Source: the human T2T-CHM13v2.0 reference genome, Homo sapiens. From it: a stretch of DNA of 64,000 bases. Positions 1-10,081 of this stretch are shown here, piece by piece. Below the pieces are notes generated by a model. The model made no database searches, had not been told where the DNA came from, and was given only the letters and a program-made list of their open reading frames with translations. The stretch is from NCBI RefSeq assembly GCF_009914755.1, contig NC_060934.1; one strand, given 5' to 3'. Each line of letters begins with the position of its first letter. Within the stretch, counting starts at the first letter, position 1. Both the position numbers and the translations under genes were made by a program.

Positions 1-2
1 TT

Positions 3-359
<357 letters not shown>

Positions 360-1336
360 TTACTGCAGTAACTTTCATTATGGTCACTGCTGGATGGGAG
401 AACAGGGGAGAGGTTTCTCTGAGGGTTCAGATTATTTTCTCTTTTTAGAGCTGCTGCATCCAGTGATGTTTCTGCCTACTTATCTTTTTTGTTGGCATTG
501 TTGGGTGGGATGAATTCCTAAAGAATACACCAAGATTTTCTCAGTGTTTTTGTTAGGAGAAGGGGAAGTTGAGAGTTAACCTCATTTATTTTTCTTACAG
601 TGTAGAGATAATTCAGTTATGTAGCGAAAGGACAGGGCTCTTAAACAGAGGAAGATAGCCATGGGTGTAGGAAGATTCGTCTTTGTTCAGAAATAATGTC
701 CTCTTTGCATCTCTCCTAACAGTTGGTGCTAGCAATCCCCTACTCTGTCTGGCCTCTGGATCTAGCTTGAAGTTCTGGATTCATTTCCTTCTTCCTTGTA
801 CCTCAGCCTGAGCCTTCTGTCACCCAAAGGGCTCCAGCTGGTTTTTCACTCAGGCCTCACTTTATCTTCCAAGGTATGTTTAGGGGAAGTTGTAGGCAGA
901 ATTATGTCTCTCACTTCCTTACTTGGGCATAATGGGCAGATCCTCATTAAATATTGATTGGATGAATGTTCCTAGTGAACTCCCTTTTTAAAAATGGTGT
1001 TTGGCAGTGGGTCGGCATTTGTTTTTACTCCCCTCTCACCAGACTGTTTGCTGTCAGACACCTTGCCATATGTATATGGAATGTTTTTCTAGTTCCTAGC
1101 CATTTTGTAGGAGTTTTTAAATTATATTTTTTGGTTGTTTCAATGGGCAGTTAGGAGAAGGAGGAAGTCAGATGTTTTCAGTTGCCATGTTCATATAGGA
1201 AACTACAGATTATTTTAATACTTTTACAAAATTGTATTATTTCAAGACTTATTGAGATGTTGGTCAAGTCTTATGCTGTAATAATACATATATAGAAGGC
1301 AGTAGTTTAAATAGCACATTTAAAACCAGTAATCTG

Positions 1337-1630
<294 letters not shown>

Positions 1631-1816
1631 AAAACCAGCAATCTTTGTTGGTGGGTAGAGATTGGACTGTAGTAAAAAGAGCATTAGCTCATAGGTTGGA
1701 GGATTACAATTGTAATAAAATTTTTCTTTTTTTATGTTGAGACGTTCACAACATGCCAACATTTTTTGTCCATACGTGGCAACCTTAGTATAAATTGCTG
1801 TCAGATATCATGTTTG

Positions 1817-2732
1817 TGTATTAGTCAAGAGTTCTCCAGAGATGCAGAACCAGAAAGATACATACACAGTCATACCTTGTTTAACGATGGGAATACGTTC
1901 TGAGAAATGAGTCATGAGGTTATTTTGTCATTGTGTGAACATCAGAGTGTACTTACACAAACCTAGATGGTAAACCTGTTACACACTTTGACTATATGGT
2001 ATAGCCTGTTGCTTCTAGGCTACCTGTATAGCGTATTACTGTACTGAATAGTGTATGCAAATGTAACACAGTGATGAGTATTTGTGTATCTAAATGTAGA
2101 AAAGATGCAGCAAAATTACAGTATTAAAATCTCATGGGACCACATTTGTTTATTAGGTTCATTGTTGGCCAAAACATAATTATGCAGCATGTGACTATAT
2201 ATAGATTGATTGATAGATACATAAATACATGAGAGGGGATTTATTAGGGGAATTGACTGATGTGATTATGGGGGCTGAGAAATCCTGTAAGAGGTTGTCT
2301 GCAAACTAGAGACCCTGGGATGCTGGTAGTATGATTCAGTCCAAGTCCAAACGCCTCAGAACCAGAGAACCCAATGGTCCAATTCTCAGTCTGAGGTTAA
2401 AGGCCTGGCTAAAGCAGGGCTGCTGGGCTAAGTCCTGGAGTCCTAAGGCTAGAGAGCCTGGAGTTCTGATGCCCAAGGGCAGGAGGAAGAGAGTATCCTT
2501 GCTCCAAGAGAGAGGCAGGGGAAATCCTTTTCTCTCCTTTTTTGTTCTGTCAAGGCCCCTGGCCGGTTGGATGGTGCCCACCCACACTGAGGCAAATCTG
2601 CCCCACTCAGTCTACTGACTCACATCCTGGTCTCTGGAAACACCCTCACAGACAAACCCAGAAGTAATGTTTTACTGGTTTTCTAGGTATTCCTTAATCC
2701 AGTCAAGTTGATACCTAAAATTAACCATCACA
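1817..2732 (-). mobile_element. MLT2 (ERVL) solo LTR interrupted by a Tigger3-like element
   Basis: tgtattagtc...gttctccagaga start and aaaattaaccatcaca end. Confidence 0.8.
1867..2197. mobile_element. Tigger3a/MER7-like non-autonomous DNA transposon
   Basis: cagtcat... and ...atgtgact termini with a Tigger3-type body. Confidence 0.7.
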
Positions 2733-3438
2733 GATTGCTTCCCCATGCAACAAGTTGAACATAATTGAAGACATAGTAGACTCTCTAGAGAAACTTAAAA
2801 TTTGAGGGCAAATAACAAACCCCAAACTACCTAAAATACAAACTCCTCTAATGTCATATTGTATATGCCATACATTAAATACAAAAAAGATTGACATTCA
2901 GCTTTATTTAAGTTACCAAGCTTAAGTAAGGGCTAAGTGGATTTCTTAATAAGATGGTCTCTTTTATCCTTATTGTTATGCCATTTTTTTGACTTACAAA
3001 AATGTTCCCAATGAAGCTTTTGAACCCCTTGTATTTGAAGTTGAAACTAGTGAAAACACATGAAAACTCGAGTAGCACAGAAGAGGCGTCAAATGTGAAA
3101 TAGGACATAAGCAGTGGAAATACTGAGTTTCCATCTCCTAGGCACCTAAAATCTTCTGATACCCACAAACAGAAAAAGTATGTATTACATTTTAATAATC
3201 CTATTCTCAAGGTCTAAGTGAGGCATTATTAGAGAAGGAAAAGCTGTCTGTTATGTTTTCACAACCATTTTGACTCCTGAGTCACATATTAGAGTATCTT
3301 ACGAGATTAGACAGTTTGATTTCCTACCTCTTCATATATTCCATTTCCCCACTCTTGCCCTAGTCCCTGAAGGAGAACTGAACACATGATTTAGTAATAC
3401 TATTTTCTTTTTAATCAACTCATATAATTCTTTCTACA

Positions 3439-3790
3439 CCCAGCCTGGGCAACATGGCGAAACCTCATCTCTACAAAAAATACAGAACATTAGTTGGGTA
3501 TGGTGGCGCATGCCTGTAGTCCCTGCTGCTCTCAGGAGGCTGAGGTGGGAGGATCACCTGAGCCTGGGGAGGTCAAGCCTGCAGTGAGCCGTGATGGTGC
3601 CACTGCACTGCAGCCTGAGCGACAGAGTGAGACCCTGTCATCAATCTTTTCTTTCTTTCTCTTTCTCTGTTTCTTTCTTCCTTTCTTCCTTTCCTTCCTT
3701 CTTTCGTTTCTTTCTCCTCCCTCCCTCCCTCCTTCTTTTCTTTTTTTTCCTTCCTTCCTGCCTTCTTTTCTTTTTTTTCTTTTCTTTTCT
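3439..3790 (+). mobile_element. Partial AluJ followed by a CT-rich low-complexity tract
   Basis: Alu right part at 3439-3640; pyrimidine tract at 3645-3790. Confidence 0.85.
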
Positions 3791-5230
3791 CTTAACAAAG
3801 CAGTGAGTTAAAACCTGACTGTTGGATTGTAGAGCCTTCAATTAGTGTCTAGTTCATTCTCCTAGAAAGACAAGTGCTCTGCTTGGCTAGTCATTCTGAA
3901 ATCATCTGTAAGCCCCATCTTAGTTTAAGAATAGCCATCAGATAATTCTTCTCAGCCTTTTCTCCTGGTTTCCTGACAGTTCCAGTTACTTTTTCAGCTT
4001 TTCTTCTTTTAGGGCCCTAAAAACCCTTCATGAGGCCTTCATCTTGTGTTACCTTTTCTTTGTAATACTAAAGTTTTATGACAAACATCCCATTCTGGAT
4101 TCACATTTTACTGTATTAGTCATGGCATGTAAAACAATTCAATAATTGGTACCCTTCTGATTAATTTATTATAGATCTCTTAATATGTAATTCAACTTTT
4201 AATGATTCCCTCAGTAAAGGATTTCTAAAACAGTAAAGTTTGTAGGTATTTAGATTAATTGAAGTTTAAAGCTGAGACCTTTGGATAGACATTATGGATG
4301 AGGAGCTTAATGTGATTTATACTATGTTTTGTTTAGCTTATCTGATTTTGTCTATTCATACATATATATATATATAAAGCACAAAATTAAAAACATGTAA
4401 TTTTTCTAATAATACAGTTTGATATATTAATGACTGAACCTTCAGTATTCAGATTCCTGTCTCAACAATATATTGTTATGTCCCATACGTGGTAATCACA
4501 TAGAGTAATAGTGGTAGCTGTGATTTATATGGCACTTTAAAGGATATTTTTACATATATTTTCTCATTTTATCTTCACAACAACCTTGTGAAAGACATAG
4601 GGGAAGTACTAATTTTTCCCCCCATTTTACAGATGAAGGAACTGAGACACAGAGGTTGAGACTTGTCTAAAGTAACATGACCAGTAAGTGCTTGAATTAA
4701 TGCAGGTAGGTAGTGATGGGTATGTTCTAATCTGCCAAGGGCTTTTCCTTGCTGTCATCTGGCTTGAGTTCTGAGGATATAAATTCATATAGCCAAAATG
4801 GTAGGGAACCAGAAAGGTAATGAGTAGATGGACTTTAGGACTACACTAGGGAAATGGTGCTGCTGTTCTTTTTAATTTCTTCCTTTTTGTTCTTTTTGTT
4901 TGGTTTCTAACTTGTTAGTAATGATAAGCAGATACCGTCTTTGGTTGTTTCCGTTAGATGAATGAAGCTTTTGTTTTCATTGTAGATTATCCCTGAGGAA
5001 CTAAGGAAATAGAAAATCTGGAGAGAAGTCTGTTGGGATTCTCACAGGGAATAGCTATTAGATCAACTAAGCAAATGAAAAAGTTAATAGTATATGGATA
5101 AACCACATGTGTGTAATTGGAACTTCTTAGGATTCTAAGATTTTTAAAATCTTGTTTAAAAACTGTATTATCACCTTAATATAAAAATCTTAGCGCTTGA
5201 GCGTACTTACCCAACTGTGGTTTTCTTTAG

Positions 5231-5354
5231 ATGAGGAAACTGAGGTCCAGAGAAGTTGAAGTTTTCCCAAGGTCACACAGCAGAGCTGGAACTAGAGCTT
5301 GCATTTCCTGACTTCCAGATTAGTGTTATTTTTACTTCAAACTATTACTTCTTG
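5231..5354 (+). other. Candidate MIR-derived 5'UTR exon of ZNF518A
   Basis: ttttctttAG acceptor (5229-5230) and TTG|GTAAGC donor (5355) bracket MIR-like atgaggaaactgagg...aaggtcacacagc. Confidence 0.35.
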
Positions 5355-5480
5355 GTAAGCTGTTCTTAAAATACTTAAAAAGTCTTTTGTATATTTAATT
5401 TATGTTTTTGATTAACATTCCTACTTTGTGCCAAAATGAACTTACAGATACGAATTTACTATTATTTTTGTGATGAGAAT

Positions 5481-5503
5481 TTCAATTCTTTGTTTAATTT
5501 TAG
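5481..5503 (+). promoter_or_regulatory. ZNF518A: Splice acceptor of the ZNF518A terminal coding exon (exon starts about 5504)
   Basis: Polypyrimidine tract ttcaattctttgtttaattttAG ending 126 nt upstream of the ATG. Confidence 0.7.
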
Positions 5504-5629
5504 GTGAGTTATTGTGGGAAAAATCCTGTATATTGAAGATGTCTCTACACAGTATCGTTTCCTGTTTAAATTACAGATAACTTCAAGAGTTTTCAGAAAA
5601 AAAGAAATTGGGACTTTTTTGGTTAAATC

Positions 5630-8600
5630 ATGCCATCTGAACAGAAACAGTTATTTTGTGATGAAAAACAAACTACTTTAAAAAAAGATTATGATGTGAA
5701 AAATGAGATAGTTGATAGGTCGGCACCTAAACCAAAAATTTCAGGAAGTATTCATTATGCACTAAAAAATGTGAAAATTGATTTGCCAAAAATAAATATT
5801 CCAAATGAAGTCCTATTGAAACATGAAGTTGACAAATACAGAAAATTATTTCAGAGTAAACAGCAGACTGCAAGAAAATCTATCAGTATAAAGACTGTAA
5901 GCTGTGTAGAGGAGTGTACATTGCTTCATAAGTCTGAGAGAGCTGAAGAAGAGGGTGTAAAAATGTCTGCAAAAATACTCAATTTCAGCTGTTTAAAATG
6001 CCGAGACAACACTCGATATAGCCCAAATGATTTGCAGAAACACTTTCAAATGTGGCACCATGGCGAATTACCTTCATATCCTTGTGAAATGTGCAACTTT
6101 TCAGCAAATGACTTTCAGGTATTTAAACAACACAGACGAACCCATAGAAGCACTTTAGTAAAATGTGACATTTGTAACAATGAGAGTGTATATACTTTAC
6201 TGAACTTGACAAAGCATTTCACATCCACACATTGTGTTAATGGTAATTTTCAATGTGAAAAGTGTAAGTTCTCCACCCAGGATGTTGGCACATTTGTTCA
6301 GCACATTCATAGACATAATGAAATTCATTATAAGTGTGGTAAATGTCATCATGTATGTTTTACCAAAGGAGAGCTTCAGAAGCACCTTCATATTCATTCT
6401 GGTACTTTTCCCTTCACTTGTCAATATTGTAGCTATGGTGCCACCAGGAGAGAACACCTTGTAAGACATGTTATAACTTTGCACAAAGAACATTTATATG
6501 CAAAAGAAAAACTGGAAAAAGACAAATATGAAAAAAGAATGGCAAAGACTTCTGCAGGACTTAAGCTAATACTGAAAAGATATAAAATAGGTGCATCAAG
6601 GAAGACGTTCTGGAAACGTAAGAAAATTAACAGTGGAAGTGACAGAAGTATAGAAAAGAACACTCAAGTGCTTAAGAAAATGAACAAAACACAGACTAAA
6701 TCTGAAGACCAGAGCCATGTTGTTCAAGAGCATTTAAGTGAAGAAAAGGATGAAAGACTACACTGTGAGAATAATGATAAAGCCCCTGAATCAGAGTCAG
6801 AGAAGCCAACTCCTCTGTCCACTGGGCAAGGTAATAGAGCTGAAGAGGGACCAAACGCTAGTTCAGGTTTCATGAAGACTGCTGTACTAGGACCTACACT
6901 GAAAAATGTAATGATGAAAAATAATAAACTAGCAGTTTCCCCTAACTATAATGCTACGTTTATGGGCTTCAAGATGATGGATGGAAAACAGCATATTGTA
7001 TTAAAATTGGTGCCTATCAAACAAAATGTATGTTCACCAGGCTCACAGTCAGGTGCTGCAAAGGACGGTACTGCTAATTTGCAGCCCCAGACTTTGGACA
7101 CTAATGGATTTTTAACAGGAGTAACAACTGAGTTAAATGACACAGTTTATATGAAAGCAGCTACTCCATTTTCATGTTCATCTTCTATACTTTCAGGGAA
7201 AGCAAGTTCAGAAAAAGAAATGACTTTGATATCTCAAAGGAATAATATGCTTCAAACAATGGATTATGAGAAAAGTGTATCTTCTTTGTCAGCAACATCA
7301 GAATTGGTTACAGCATCAGTGAATTTGACCACAAAATTTGAAACAAGAGATAATGTTGACTTCTGGGGAAATCATCTCACTCAGAGTCACCCCGAGGTAT
7401 TAGGTACCACCATTAAAAGTCCAGATAAAGTCAACTGTGTTGCCAAACCAAATGCATACAACAGTGGAGATATGCATAATTATTGCATTAATTATGGCAA
7501 CTGTGAGTTACCTGTTGAATCCTCCAACCAAGGATCATTACCTTTTCATAATTACTCAAAAGTGAATAATTCTAATAAACGTCGTAGGTTTTCAGGAACA
7601 GCAGTGTATGAAAACCCTCAAAGAGAATCTTCATCCAGCAAAACAGTTGTCCAACAACCAATTAGTGAATCATTTTTATCACTAGTGAGGCAGGAGAGCT
7701 CAAAACCAGATAGCCTATTAGCATCTATTAGCCTTTTAAATGATAAAGATGGAACTTTAAAAGCAAAATCTGAAATTGAAGAACAGTATGTTTTAGAAAA
7801 AGGACAAAACATTGATGGACAAAACCTGTACAGTAATGAAAATCAAAATTTAGAGTGTGCGACTGAAAAATCTAAATGGGAAGACTTTTCTAATGTCGAT
7901 TCACCTATGATGCCTAGAATCACATCTGTTTTCTCTCTCCAGAGCCAACAGGCATCAGAATTTCTGCCACCTGAAGTAAACCAATTGCTTCAGGATGTAT
8001 TGAAAATAAAACCTGATGTAAAACAAGACTCTAGTAACACTCCAAATAAAGGCTTGCCACTTCATTGTGACCAGTCATTTCAAAAACACGAGAGAGAAGG
8101 CAAAATTGTTGAATCTTCGAAAGATTTCAAAGTGCAAGGCATCTTCCCAGTTCCACCTGGCAGTGTGGGTATTAATGTGCCTACAAATGATTTGAATTTG
8201 AAATTTGGAAAAGAAAAACAAGTGTCATCAATACCACAAGATGTGAGAGATTCAGAGAAGATGCCTAGAATTTCAGGTTTTGGCACATTACTTAAGACTC
8301 AGTCAGATGCGATAATAACACAGCAGCTTGTAAAAGACAAACTACGAGCCACCACACAAAATTTAGGTTCTTTTTATATGCAGAGTCCACTTTTAAATTC
8401 AGAACAAAAAAAAACTATAATTGTTCAGACTTCAAAAGGATTCTTAATACCATTGAACATTACTAACAAGCCTGGGCTACCAGTTATTCCTGGAAATGCA
8501 CTTCCATTGGTTAATTCACAAGGTATCCCTGCTTCTCTTTTTGTAAACAAGAAACCTGGGATGGTTTTAACACTTAATAATGGGAAACTTGAAGGTGTTT

Positions 8601-10081
8601 CCGCTGTCAAAACCGAGGGTGCCCCAGCTCGTGGAACTGTGACTAAGGAGCCTTGCAAAACACCTATTTTGAAGGTAGAACCAAACAATAATTGTCTTAC
8701 ACCTGGACTTTGTTCCAGCATTGGCAGTTGTTTGAGCATGAAAAGTAGCTCAGAAAATACTTTGCCATTAAAAGGCCCTTACATTTTGAAACCAACGAGT
8801 TCTGTGAAAGCTGTTCTTATTCCTAACATGCTATCTGAGCAACAGAGCACTAAGTTGAATATCTCCGATTCAGTAAAACAGCAGAATGAGATTTTTCCAA
8901 AACCACCTCTTTATACCTTCTTGCCTGATGGCAAACAAGCTGTTTTTTTAAAGTGTGTGATGCCAAATAAAACTGAGCTGCTTAAGCCCAAATTAGTCCA
9001 AAATAGTACTTATCAAAATATACAGCCAAAGAAACCTGAAGGAACACCACAAAGAATATTGCTGAAAATTTTTAACCCTGTTTTAAATGTGACTGCTGCT
9101 AATAATCTGTCAGTAAGCAACTCTGCATCCTCATTGCAAAAAGACAACGTACCATCTAATCAGATTATAGGAGGAGAGCAGAAAGAGCCAGAATCTAGAG
9201 ATGCCTTACCCTTCTTACTAGATGACTTAATGCCAGCAAATGAAATTGTGATAACTTCTACTGCAACATGCCCAGAATCTTCTGAGGAACCAATATGTGT
9301 CAGTGACTGTTCAGAGTCCAGGGTATTAAGGTGTAAAACAAATTGTAGAATTGAGAGGAACTTCAATAGAAAAAAGACTTCCAAAAAAATTTTTTCAAAA
9401 ACAAAAACTCATGGAAGTAAAGACTCTGAAACTGCCTTTGTATCTAGAAACAGAAACTGTAAACGAAAGTGTAGGGATAGTTACCAAGAACCTCCAAGAA
9501 GAAAAGCAACATTGCATAGAAAGTGTAAAGAAAAGGCAAAACCTGAAGATGTCCGTGAAACATTTGGATTTAGCAGACCTAGGCTTTCAAAAGATTCCAT
9601 CAGAACTTTGCGGCTTTTCCCTTTTAGTTCTAAACAGCTTGTGAAATGTCCTAGGAGAAACCAACCAGTTGTAGTTTTGAATCATCCTGACGCAGATGCA
9701 CCAGAAGTAGTAAGTGTAATGAAAACTATTGCTAAATTTAATGGACATGTACTTAAGGTTTCATTGTCAAAAAGAACTATAAATGCTTTACTGAAACCAG
9801 TTTGTTATAACCCTCCTAAAACAACTTATGATGATTTTTCCAAGAGGCACAAAACATTTAAACCTGTTAGTTCTGTGAAAGAAAGATTTGTGCTAAAATT
9901 AACACTCAAAAAGACAAGCAAAAACAATTACCAGATTGTGAAGACTACCTCTGAAAATATTTTGAAGGCTAAATTTAACTGTTGGTTTTGTGGTAGAGTA
10001 TTTGACAATCAGGATACTTGGGCTGGTCATGGGCAGAGACATTTAATGGAAGCTACTCGGGATTGGAACATGTTAGAATAG
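5630..10081 (+). CDS. ZNF518A: Zinc finger protein 518A, complete single-exon CDS (1483 aa)
   Basis: 4452-nt ORF with an N-terminal C2H2 finger cluster (e.g. [42 protein letters not shown]), a long S/N/K-rich linker and a C-terminal finger ([21 protein letters not shown]). Length, sequence and adjacency to BLNK are recognised as ZNF518A. Confidence 0.97.

Noticed and set aside
3494-3841. K/R/E-rich and F/L/S-rich ORFs (also 25102-25366 and 28972-29222)
   Set aside because: Translations of CT-rich microsatellites and Alu tails.
6197-9644. Overlapping and antisense ORFs within the ZNF518A CDS
   Set aside because: Short, with no recognisable domains; expected by chance alongside a long ORF.
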